Under the pieces are notes generated by a model. The model was not told the origin of the DNA. It searched no databases and worked only from the letters and a program-made list of their open reading frames with translations. Of a DNA stretch of 64,000 nt, positions 10,018 to 19,042 are shown in pieces. This DNA comes from an uncultured Bacteroidaceae bacterium (GTDB lineage: Bacteria > Bacteroidota > Bacteroidia > Bacteroidales > SM23-62): NCBI GenBank assembly GCA_963777115.1, contig CAVZPP010000002.1, positions 841,741 to 905,740 of the forward strand, written 5' to 3'. A program made the position numbers and the translations under genes. Positions within the stretch are counted from its first letter, which is position 1, and the number at the start of each line of letters is the position of its first letter.

Positions 10018-11448
10018 ATGGCAAAAATCAATTGTTTCCTTGATAACTCTGAAGGATCCGAAAACCTCGTAAAGCACTTAAAAAAGCATGATCTAATTGA
10101 TGAAGTGTATCTGCTGGGCAAGGAAGGTGACCCCATTGAGTCCGGAATATTTCATACCGATACAATCCGGAAGATTGCGGACTTGTCCCTTGCAGAATAT
10201 ACACTTATTGTGGCAGAGGATTGTCATATTGATTTCGGTGAGTTTGCACTCGAGCGTTTTATTTCAGCAGCTGAAGCAACCGGAGCTGGCATGTTGTATT
10301 CAGATTATTTCCGGGTTTCGGCAGAAAAGCAGGTACCCCATCCGGTTATTGATTACCAGTCAGGAAGCCTGAGGGATGATTTTAATTTCGGACCGGTCCT
10401 CTTCTACAGGTCAGAGGCTCTGAGGAGGGCAGTTTCAGGTATTAAGGATTCGTTTGAATATGCCGGATTATTTCAACTTCGCCTGAAGACAAGCCAGGAA
10501 TTTGATATTGTGAGAATTCCCGAGTTTCTGTATTCAAGAATTGATATTGATTCAGCCGGAAAAAGGTCTGGATTTGATTACGTGGATCCTAAGAACAGGA
10601 ATGTTCAACTGGAGATGGAAAAGGCGGTAACAATTCATCTGAAGGAGACGGGTGCTTACCTGGGAGGCAATTACAGGGAAATTGACTTTGAAAGCGAAAA
10701 CTTTGAAACAGAGGCATCCGTGATTATTCCGGTTTTGAACAGGGAAAAGACGATTGCAGATGCGATCGAGTCGGTGATGATACAGAAGACAGGGTTTCCC
10801 TATAACCTGATTATAGTTAATAACCATTCCAAAGATACTACAGGCGAGATTATTGAATCATATGCTGAGAAGTACGACAACCTGGTCCATATTATTCCGG
10901 AAAGAAAAGACCTTGGAATAGGGGGTTGCTGGAACCTGGCTGCTCATGACAAACGATGCGGCCGATTTGCGGTCCAGTTGGACAGTGATGATCTTTATAA
11001 GGATCATACAACCCTCCAGCAGATCATTGATACCTTTTACAGGGAAAAATGCGCCATGGTAATTGGTAGCTACCAGCTCACAAATTTTGATCTGGAGGAA
11101 ATCCCGCCGGGAATAATCGACCACAGGGAATGGACCCCTGAGAATGGAAGAAATAATGCATTGAGGATCAATGGACTGGGAGCGCCCAGGGCTATATATA
11201 CCAAAATTCTCCGGGAAATAAAGATCCCAAATGTCAGCTACGGTGAGGATTATGGCCTTGGACTGGCCATCAGCAGAAATTACAGGATTGGCAGGATTTA
11301 TACTCCTGTTTATTTATGCCGGCGCTGGGAGGATAATACCGATGCCTTACTCAGCACGGAAGCAAGCAATAAGCATAATTATTATAAGGACCGCTTGCGC
11401 ACATTTGAATTTATGGCAAGGATCAAGCAGAACCAGGAAACAAGGTAG
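10018..11448 (+). CDS. Glycosyltransferase family 2 protein (two GT-A-like halves)
   Basis: C-terminal half has [16 protein letters not shown] and SYGEDY; N-terminal half is a degenerate GT-A (LYSDY, RDDFNFG). Confidence 0.88.
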   Translation: MAKINCFLDNSEGSENLVKHLKKHDLIDEVYLLGKEGDPIESGIFHTDTIRKIADLSLAEYTLIVAEDCHIDFGEFALERFISAAEATGAGMLYSDYFRVSAEKQVPHPVIDYQSGSLRDDFNFGPVLFYRSEALRRAVSGIKDSFEYAGLFQLRLKTSQEFDIVRIPEFLYSRIDIDSAGKRSGFDYVDPKNRNVQLEMEKAVTIHLKETGAYLGGNYREIDFESENFETEASVIIPVLNREKTIADAIESVMIQKTGFPYNLIIVNNHSKDTTGEIIESYAEKYDNLVHIIPERKDLGIGGCWNLAAHDKRCGRFAVQLDSDDLYKDHTTLQQIIDTFYREKCAMVIGSYQLTNFDLEEIPPGIIDHREWTPENGRNNALRINGLGAPRAIYTKILREIKIPNVSYGEDYGLGLAISRNYRIGRIYTPVYLCRRWEDNTDALLSTEASNKHNYYKDRLRTFEFMARIKQNQETR

Positions 11449-11464
11449 AGCCTTTGTATACTAC

Positions 11465-12409
11465 ATGAATTATCAGGCACTGGCAAAAATACTATTCAGG
11501 GATCAGTTGGAAAGCTGGGAATTATTGAGAAATAATTTAGAGGGACTGGAGCATGCGAGGATCAGGAAATTCAGTTTTGATGGTTATTCCATTAATATTC
11601 AGTTTAATCCGAAACGGATAATCTCGTCTGCAGCCAGGGTTGACAGTGAATCCATCAATCAGCGAAAATGCTTTTTATGTTCTGCTAACCGTCCCCGGGA
11701 ACAGGAGAGCGTAATATTTGACAATGATTACGAGATACTATGTAATCCATACCCGATTTTCAAGCGGCATTATACCCTGGCCAAACTAGATCATGTTCCC
11801 CAGTTGATAGAGAACAGCTTTTCAACCATGCTTGATTTGAGCAAAGCTCTGCCAGACCTGGTGGTATTCTATAACGGTCCGAAATGCGGCGCATCAGCTC
11901 CGGATCATTTGCATTTCCAGGCCGGAAACCTGGGGTTCCTTCCGATTGAACAGGAATATGAAGGACTTAAGATGCAGTACGGAAAGACCCTCATGGAGAA
12001 TCATGGATTGTCCCTCACCTCTGTGAATGACGGACTAAGACGCTTTTTTATGATTGAATCGGCGGAGAGGGAAGGGATTAATGAGCTTTTTGATATTATT
12101 TACAGGCAGGTATCAAAGGGAAATCAGGAAGAAGAACCCATGATGAATATCCTGTCCTGGTACGATGGACAATGGCGGGTAATGATATTTCTGCGCCAAA
12201 ATCACAGGCCGAGGCAATTCTTCGCAGAGGGAGAGAACAACATACTAATCAGTCCGGCTGGAGTCGATTACGGAGGTACCATGATCATGCCCATGGAAAA
12301 GGATTTTAATAAGATTACCCTGGAGGATATCAATGATATATTCCAGCAGGTTTCATATCCGCCAATGAAATTCAGGGAGTTGGAAGATTATTTTAGTTCT
12401 CAGAGATAA
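11465..12409 (+). CDS. DUF4922 protein, HIT superfamily (GDP-hexose phosphorylase/GalT-like HxHxQ)
   Basis: QFNPKRIISS, CFLC, LCNPYPI, FYNGPKCGASAPDHLHFQAG. ATG at 11465 is preferred over the longer track ORF, which overlaps GT2. Confidence 0.85.
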   Translation: MNYQALAKILFRDQLESWELLRNNLEGLEHARIRKFSFDGYSINIQFNPKRIISSAARVDSESINQRKCFLCSANRPREQESVIFDNDYEILCNPYPIFKRHYTLAKLDHVPQLIENSFSTMLDLSKALPDLVVFYNGPKCGASAPDHLHFQAGNLGFLPIEQEYEGLKMQYGKTLMENHGLSLTSVNDGLRRFFMIESAEREGINELFDIIYRQVSKGNQEEEPMMNILSWYDGQWRVMIFLRQNHRPRQFFAEGENNILISPAGVDYGGTMIMPMEKDFNKITLEDINDIFQQVSYPPMKFRELEDYFSSQR

Positions 12410-12421
12410 TTATTGATTATT

Positions 12422-13321
12422 ATGATAAGGACATACCAGGATGAAGATTTTAAGCCTGTTCTTGACTTAATGGAAAGGAACTCAGAGTTTGACACTTTCA
12501 GCGAATCCCTTCTGAAGGAGAAGCTTTATGATGATCCCTACTGGAACCCTGAGTCCACACTGCTTGCCCTGGAAGATGATAGCATCTGTGGTTTCATGCA
12601 GGGAGTATCCCGTGAAATTGAAGGAATAAGGTACGGGTATATTAAATTGATGGCAGTGGAGGATAATCAACGCAGAAAGGGTGTGGCGACCCGCCTGTAT
12701 ACTGAATTGGAGAGGATATTCATAGAGGCACATGTTACCAATATAAGGATCTATGACGTACCTCTTAATTATTTCATGCCCGGAATTGATCCCCGCTATA
12801 CTCCGGCAGTTTGTTTTGCCCAAAAGATGGGGTTTCAACACAATGGAGAGGCATGCAATATGATCGTTGACCTGGAAAGTTCTGATTGGGATGCCAGTGA
12901 GGATATTGAAAACCTTAAGAGTGAAAACATTGAGATTGCCAGGGCAAAATCCTCGGATAAGGACGAATTACTTCAGTTTATTGCTAAAGAATGGATTCTG
13001 TGGACAAATGAGCTGAATATGGCGATGCGATCAGATCCACCCGCTCTGTATATTGCCAGGCAGGCAGGAATTATCATGGCTTTCTCTGCCTACGACGGAA
13101 ATAATATCGGGACCGGCTGGTTTGGTCCCATGGGAACAGATACTTCCCTTCGCGGCAAGGGTGTCGGAAGTATACTGCTGAAGCTCTGCCTGGCAGACAT
13201 AAAGGCACAGGGACAGAAAAAATCGATCATTCCATGGGTGGCCCCGGTGGGTTTTTATTCCCATTATGCGAATGCAAAAATCGACAGGGTGTTCTGGAGA
13301 TTTGAAAAGATTATAGGATAA
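12422..13321 (+). CDS. Tandem GNAT N-acetyltransferase
   Basis: Two acetyl-CoA motifs (V...QRRKGVA and GT...RGKGVG); YFMPGID and FGPMG motifs. Confidence 0.85.
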   Translation: MIRTYQDEDFKPVLDLMERNSEFDTFSESLLKEKLYDDPYWNPESTLLALEDDSICGFMQGVSREIEGIRYGYIKLMAVEDNQRRKGVATRLYTELERIFIEAHVTNIRIYDVPLNYFMPGIDPRYTPAVCFAQKMGFQHNGEACNMIVDLESSDWDASEDIENLKSENIEIARAKSSDKDELLQFIAKEWILWTNELNMAMRSDPPALYIARQAGIIMAFSAYDGNNIGTGWFGPMGTDTSLRGKGVGSILLKLCLADIKAQGQKKSIIPWVAPVGFYSHYANAKIDRVFWRFEKIIG

Positions 13322-13323
13322 GA

Positions 13324-14676
13324 ATGAATATGATAAAAACCCCATACATAAATGTTGGAATAATTCGACAGGCAGTGATTAAATTTCGGTTCTCAGGAAA
13401 ATTCTACCTGTCCGGTACTTCAGAAAACTACTATGATGCCTGTGAAGCATCCATTGAGAAAGGAAAAATAAGGATTGACACGGGCGGGATCCATAAGTTA
13501 CACGGGGAAAAAGCCACCTTCATTCCCTGTAATTTATTTGCCGATCTTTTTGAGTTAACCGATGTGCTTATCGGAATTGATTTCCACTGGGAACAGAAGG
13601 AGAATCAGAAATTCCAGGGTGCCTTAAAACTTCTGGCCATGGGAGATGAGATACAGGTTGTTAACGTCCTTCCCGTAGAAAACTATATCAACAGTGTTAT
13701 ATCATCCGAGATGAGTGCAGACAGTTCACTGAACCTGCTGAAGGCACATGCTGTAATATCAAGGAGCTGGGCCCTGAAACAGATAAATACAAAATACATG
13801 GAGGCGGATGATGAAACACGGACAGCCGGTGAAGAAAAATCCGAATCAGAATTTATTCAATGGTATGACCATAAGGATCACAAGCATTTTGATGTCTGTG
13901 CGGACGATCATTGCCAGCGTTACCAGGGTCTTGCGAGGGCACAGAATTCCAACGTGATCCGGGCAGTAAAAGAGACATACGGGCAGGTATTGACTTATGA
14001 GAATGAAATATGTGATGCCCGCTATTCCAAATCCTGCGGTGGTGTTTCCGAAACATTTGAGAATTGCTGGGACCCCGTTCCCCATCCCTATCTGAAAAAA
14101 GTGATTGACCGGCCCGCAGAGGAAAAAGGAGAAGTTCATGATCTTCGCCTGGAAAACAATGCCAGATCTTTTATTGAGGCGAGTCCGGTAGCATTTTGCA
14201 ATACAAGTGACAGATCACTGATTAACCAGGTATTAAATGACTATGACCGCTTAACAGAAGATTTCTTCCGTTGGGAAATTACCTATACCCAGGATGAGAT
14301 ATCAGCAATAATTCTTGAAAAATCAGGAATGGATTTTGGGAAAATCATAGATCTTGTCCCTGTTGAAAGAGGAGAATCAGGCAGATTAGTAAGGCTTCAT
14401 ATTGAAGGTACCAAAAGAGGTCTGACCATTGGAAAAGAACTTACCATCAGAAAGTGGCTCAGCAGGACACATCTTTACAGTTCCGCAATAATCATAGAAA
14501 AGCTTGAAGGGGAGAATGATTTGCCCATTGGTTTCCGTATCCGGGGAGCAGGATGGGGTCATGGTGTGGGATTGTGCCAGATCGGTGCAGCAGTGATGGG
14601 AGAGAAGGGCTATACAGCTGAGGAGATACTTAACCATTATTACCCGGGCGCAAACATTGAAAAAATTTACACCTAA
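13324..14676 (+). CDS. SpoIID/LytB domain lytic transglycosylase-like protein
   Basis: VNVLPVENYINSVISSEM, LKAHAVISRS, DVCADDHCQRYQG, GWGHGVGLCQIGA and ILNHYYPG motifs. Confidence 0.92.
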   Translation: MNMIKTPYINVGIIRQAVIKFRFSGKFYLSGTSENYYDACEASIEKGKIRIDTGGIHKLHGEKATFIPCNLFADLFELTDVLIGIDFHWEQKENQKFQGALKLLAMGDEIQVVNVLPVENYINSVISSEMSADSSLNLLKAHAVISRSWALKQINTKYMEADDETRTAGEEKSESEFIQWYDHKDHKHFDVCADDHCQRYQGLARAQNSNVIRAVKETYGQVLTYENEICDARYSKSCGGVSETFENCWDPVPHPYLKKVIDRPAEEKGEVHDLRLENNARSFIEASPVAFCNTSDRSLINQVLNDYDRLTEDFFRWEITYTQDEISAIILEKSGMDFGKIIDLVPVERGESGRLVRLHIEGTKRGLTIGKELTIRKWLSRTHLYSSAIIIEKLEGENDLPIGFRIRGAGWGHGVGLCQIGAAVMGEKGYTAEEILNHYYPGANIEKIYT

Positions 14677-14688
14677 AATTCAGCAGGC

Positions 14689-16554
14689 ATGCAGGAAACA
14701 AAACAATCCGAGAAAATAAGTCCCTGGGCCTGGGTACCAAGCCTGTATTTTGCCGAGGGTATACCCTATGTACTGGTTATGACCCTTTCTGTGATTTTTT
14801 ACAAAAGAATGGGGATATCAAATAGTGATATCGCGCTGTATACCAGCTGGTTGTATCTGCCATGGGTGATCAAGCCCCTCTGGAGTCCCCTTGTGGATAT
14901 GCTCAGGACCAAGCGTTTCTGGATTGTGATCATGCAATTGTTTGTGGGAGTTGGACTCGCGGGTGTGGCCTTCACCATACCTGTGGAAAGATTCTTTCAG
15001 TTTACCCTGGCATTTTTCTGGTTACTGGCTTTTAGTTCTGCTACGCATGATATTGCAGCAGACGGATTTTATATGCTGGGTCTCTCAAAGCATGACCAGG
15101 CCTTCTTCGTCGGAATCCGCAGTACATTTTACAGGCTTGCCATGCTAACAGGGCAGGGCCTTTTAGTCATACTTGCAGGGTTCCTTGAAGCCAGAACAGG
15201 ATTACCCCCGGTTGAGGTATCTGTTACAACTTCAGTAGATTACACAGAGGAGATGCTGGAATTTAATCCTTCGGATATCAGGATTAAGGAGGATTCCTCA
15301 TCTGTCTATTTTATAACTGATAATGATCTGGAAATTTCCCTGCATGCATTGATCGGATCAGATGCGGATGCGATTCTTAATGAAATTGATAACTGGAACA
15401 TAAGTAATGGTTTCTACTCCGGGAATGAGGAAGAAACCTATGATAAAGAAACTGCCGGTTGGTGGAAGAATCATATTTCCTTTCCCCTGGAGTCTCTTCT
15501 CAGAAAAACTTTCGATGCGGGGAAAGAGACCCCGGATATGGAAACTGCAGGCAACATAGGATACACCTGGTTTTATCTGAGCAGAAAGCCCGAAAACAAT
15601 GATAAAGTTGTAATGAATTTCAGCTATGAAAAAGGGGATAAAAGTATTGGACTTGTCAGGGATTACAGGTTCGAGTTCAGCTCTGAAAACTGGAATGTGC
15701 CTGCCATTGCTGCATTTCAGCTGGATCCCAAACTAAGTAAATCTGCTGTGGCTGACTTCAAAGGTCTTTCAGGGAATATCAGGTTTGCCTGGACCATTGT
15801 ATTTGCCGCAATTGCAGTATTGTTCCTCTTATTCTTCATTTATCACCGCATCATTCTTCCCAGACCTGAAGAAGACCGTCCTGGCAAGAGTGAAGGTAAA
15901 GGATTCCTGAGGGAATTTTTACAGGTATTTGCCCTGTTTTTCAAAAAGAAGGATATCTGGGTGATCCTGCTTTTCCTCCTGGTGTACCGGCTCGGAGAAT
16001 CCCAGCTGGTAAAAATGGCTTCTCCTTTCCTGCTGGATCCACGGGAGATGAATGGACTGGGATTAACCACCGGTGACCTGGGACTGATCTATGGTACAAT
16101 AGGAATTTTGTTCCTGTCCCTCGGTGGTATCATCGGGGGTATCGCAGCATCCAGGAAAGGACTTAAATACTGGCTCTGGTGGATGGTTGCAGCCATTAAC
16201 CTGCCCAACCTGGTCTATGTATTTTTATCCTATACAATGCCCTCAGCCTTATGGGTAGTTGGTGCCAGCGTGGCCGTAGAACAATTCGGTTATGGTTTTG
16301 GATTTACAGCCTATATGCTTTACATGATATATGTATCAGAAGGAAAACACAAGACGGCTCATTTTGCCATAACAACGGGATTTATGGCCCTGGGCATGAT
16401 GATTCCCGGGATGATCAGCGGATGGCTGCAGGAAATTATCGGGTACGAAAATTTCTTTATCTGGGTCATGATATGTACTATACCAAGCTTTATCATGGTA
16501 TCGGTAGTTAAAATTGATCCTGCCTTCGGTAAACGACAGAAAACAAACAAATAA
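14689..16554 (+). CDS. AmpG-family muropeptide MFS permease with a large soluble insertion
   Basis: SLYFAEGIPY, LPWVIKPLWSP and SATHDIAADG; about 190 hydrophilic residues inserted mid-protein. Confidence 0.85.
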   Translation: MQETKQSEKISPWAWVPSLYFAEGIPYVLVMTLSVIFYKRMGISNSDIALYTSWLYLPWVIKPLWSPLVDMLRTKRFWIVIMQLFVGVGLAGVAFTIPVERFFQFTLAFFWLLAFSSATHDIAADGFYMLGLSKHDQAFFVGIRSTFYRLAMLTGQGLLVILAGFLEARTGLPPVEVSVTTSVDYTEEMLEFNPSDIRIKEDSSSVYFITDNDLEISLHALIGSDADAILNEIDNWNISNGFYSGNEEETYDKETAGWWKNHISFPLESLLRKTFDAGKETPDMETAGNIGYTWFYLSRKPENNDKVVMNFSYEKGDKSIGLVRDYRFEFSSENWNVPAIAAFQLDPKLSKSAVADFKGLSGNIRFAWTIVFAAIAVLFLLFFIYHRIILPRPEEDRPGKSEGKGFLREFLQVFALFFKKKDIWVILLFLLVYRLGESQLVKMASPFLLDPREMNGLGLTTGDLGLIYGTIGILFLSLGGIIGGIAASRKGLKYWLWWMVAAINLPNLVYVFLSYTMPSALWVVGASVAVEQFGYGFGFTAYMLYMIYVSEGKHKTAHFAITTGFMALGMMIPGMISGWLQEIIGYENFFIWVMICTIPSFIMVSVVKIDPAFGKRQKTNK

Positions 16555-16565
16555 AACCTATATAA

Positions 16566-18887
16566 ATGAATACCAATTCCATCATTGAAAGAAAGTTCAT
16601 CGAATTTTCCGGACTGGAGCCGGCAAAAGCGAACATACCATTTATTGTGGTGGATAACTTCCCCAGGCTGGGACTCATGACTGCCTTAAGGTTCCTGGAG
16701 TGGGTAAATGAGAATCCTGATGGAGTAATCAGCCTTCCCACAGGGAAAACACCGGAGTATTTTATAATGTGGACCAAATATCTGCTGGAGAACTGGGATA
16801 GTAAGAAAGGAATGGACATAAGGGCAAAGTATGGACTGGACAATACTCCAAAGCCGCTGCTCTCCAACCTGCAGTTTGTACAGATAGATGAGTTTTATCC
16901 AATCAGTTCTGAGCAGCATAATAGTTTCTACAATTATGTCAACAAATATTACCTCAAGGATTTTGGACTGGATCCAAAGAAGGCATTACTGATAAACTCG
17001 GATACCATAGCCTTATTTGACGGGAAACATTTTAAAGAGGTATTTCCCGATTATCATGTAGACCTTACCCTGAGATACAGGGAACCCTCCTCCTCCTTTG
17101 AGAGGCAGCAGCAACTTTCCATTTTTACCATTGATGACTGGTGTTCAAATTATGAATCCCAGGTCCGTGACAAGGGAGGAATAGGTTTCTTCCTGGGTGG
17201 TATCGGACCGGACGGACATATTGCTTTTAATACCCGAGGTTCTGATCACCAGTCCACCACCCGCCTTACCTCAACAAATTTTGAGACTCAGGCAGTTGCA
17301 GCAGGAGATCTTGGAGGAATTGAGGTATCACGGAACAGGCTGGTAATTACCATTGGACTAAAAACCATAACCTATAATCCTGATGTGACTGCATTGATCT
17401 TTGCAGCCGGGGAAGCAAAAGCTCCAATGGTAAAGGATGCACTGGAACAAAAACCTTCTAATTTATATCCTGCAACGGTTCTGGCCGGAAAAGAAAATGC
17501 CAGGTTCTACCTGACATCTGGGGCGGCGACTATGCTTGAAAGTTCGCTTGATGCCTACTTTAAAAATGGTGAATGGACCCAGACAAAGACGGACCGGGCT
17601 GTCATTGAGCTTTGCAGAAGGCTTGGAAAATATGCCCATCATCTCACCCTGGATGACCTTAAGGACGATAAACATTGTAAAATGATACCCGGGATCAGTG
17701 AAAATACGGTTAGCACCGCCATTGAGTCTATTCAGGCAAAGATAGAAAGGGGAATGAAACTCGAAAAGGATCAGGTATTCTATCATACAGGACCACACCA
17801 TGATGATATTATGCTGGCCATCCTGCCTCATATCCACCGGTCCATTGAGGATGAATCCAACCGAAATTATTTTTCAGTCCTCACCTCTGGATTCACTGCA
17901 GTAACAAACCAGTTTTTGATTGAGGCCATGAAGGATACTAAAAAGTTCCTGGACCAGGGATTGATACAGATGACCGAGTACGCTGATTTTTTTGAGTCAG
18001 GTTTTAAGCATAAGCGTGACAAGGATGTTTACCATTACCTTATCAAGGTAGCCTCAGGAGAAGCCTATGAATTGCGCAGGGGACTGGCGCACAGGATAGT
18101 CAGGGCGATTGTGGAAACTTTTAAGGTGCGTTCTTCAGAGGAACTCTGGGATCAGATTAATGAGATACTCCATATTCTGAGGAAGAGTTATGACGGAGAA
18201 AAGAATCCCTCAAAAATTCAGAAACTGAAAGGCATGATCAGGGAATTTGAAGAGGAACTGGTATGGGCCTATCTGGGAGTAGATATTAAAGATATACACC
18301 ACCTTCGCCTGGGATTCTACACGGGTGATATTTTTACAGAACAACCTCAGCAAACTCGTGATGTGGAACCGGTGCTTAAGGAACTGCGCAATATTAAGCC
18401 CAGTGTAATCAGCCTTGCATTTGACCCGGAAGGGAGCGGACCCGATACGCATTATAAGGTATTACAGGTCATAGCTGATGCAATAAGGTCATGGAAAAAA
18501 GAGGAAGACCTTTCTAAACTGAGGATATGGGGATACAGAAATGTATGGTACCGGTTTCATCCGGCGGAAGCTAATGTTATCGTTCCGGTCTCCCTGAATG
18601 ATATGGGAGTAATGGAGAAAACATTCGAAAACAGTTACCTCAGCCAGGTGGATGCTTCCTTTCCCAGCTATCAGCATGATGGCAAATTCAGTGAACTTTC
18701 ACAAAAAATCTGGGTTTCCCAATTAAAAATTCTTCAGTTATTGCTTGGAAAAAAGTATTTTTACCAAAATGTAAGTCCAAGGCTAAGGTCCACTCATGGA
18801 TTATTATTTTTCCGGGAGATGAATGTGGATGAATTCCTGCAACAGGCCCGGGAGTTAGAGAAGTCGATGGAAGGCATATTGGATTAG
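16566..18887 (+). CDS. nagB: Glucosamine-6-phosphate deaminase fused to a PIG-L/LmbE-like deacetylase domain
   Basis: SLPTGKTP, QIDEFYP and GGIGPDGHIAFN (NagB); GPHHDDIML and DPEGSGPDTHYKV (PIG-L-like). Confidence 0.85.
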   Translation: MNTNSIIERKFIEFSGLEPAKANIPFIVVDNFPRLGLMTALRFLEWVNENPDGVISLPTGKTPEYFIMWTKYLLENWDSKKGMDIRAKYGLDNTPKPLLSNLQFVQIDEFYPISSEQHNSFYNYVNKYYLKDFGLDPKKALLINSDTIALFDGKHFKEVFPDYHVDLTLRYREPSSSFERQQQLSIFTIDDWCSNYESQVRDKGGIGFFLGGIGPDGHIAFNTRGSDHQSTTRLTSTNFETQAVAAGDLGGIEVSRNRLVITIGLKTITYNPDVTALIFAAGEAKAPMVKDALEQKPSNLYPATVLAGKENARFYLTSGAATMLESSLDAYFKNGEWTQTKTDRAVIELCRRLGKYAHHLTLDDLKDDKHCKMIPGISENTVSTAIESIQAKIERGMKLEKDQVFYHTGPHHDDIMLAILPHIHRSIEDESNRNYFSVLTSGFTAVTNQFLIEAMKDTKKFLDQGLIQMTEYADFFESGFKHKRDKDVYHYLIKVASGEAYELRRGLAHRIVRAIVETFKVRSSEELWDQINEILHILRKSYDGEKNPSKIQKLKGMIREFEEELVWAYLGVDIKDIHHLRLGFYTGDIFTEQPQQTRDVEPVLKELRNIKPSVISLAFDPEGSGPDTHYKVLQVIADAIRSWKKEEDLSKLRIWGYRNVWYRFHPAEANVIVPVSLNDMGVMEKTFENSYLSQVDASFPSYQHDGKFSELSQKIWVSQLKILQLLLGKKYFYQNVSPRLRSTHGLLFFREMNVDEFLQQARELEKSMEGILD

Positions 18888-18898
18888 AACCTGAGAAC

Positions 18899-19030
18899 AT
18901 GAGCAAGACACTCTGTGAGTTAAATAAAAAGAAAAAAAATCTATACATCAGTAAATCCGGGAAATACGAGTGTAGATCCTGCCTGTACCGTGTAGAAGAG
19001 AAAAAACGGGTTTGCAAACCGATTAAATAA
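18899..19030 (+). CDS. 43-aa basic, Cys-rich microprotein, putative metal binding (absent from the ORF track)
   Basis: MSKTLCELNKKKKNLYISKSGKYECRSCLYRVEEKKRVCKPIK* fills the nagB-nhaA gap with 11- and 12-bp spacers; four Cys including CxxC. Confidence 0.7.
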   Translation: MSKTLCELNKKKKNLYISKSGKYECRSCLYRVEEKKRVCKPIK

Positions 19031-19042
19031 TCTCCAATCATA

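Noticed and set aside
9802-10077. 91-aa minus-strand ORF in the dld-GT2 gap
   Set aside because: AT-rich divergent promoter region; it overlaps the GT2 start and has no protein-like features.
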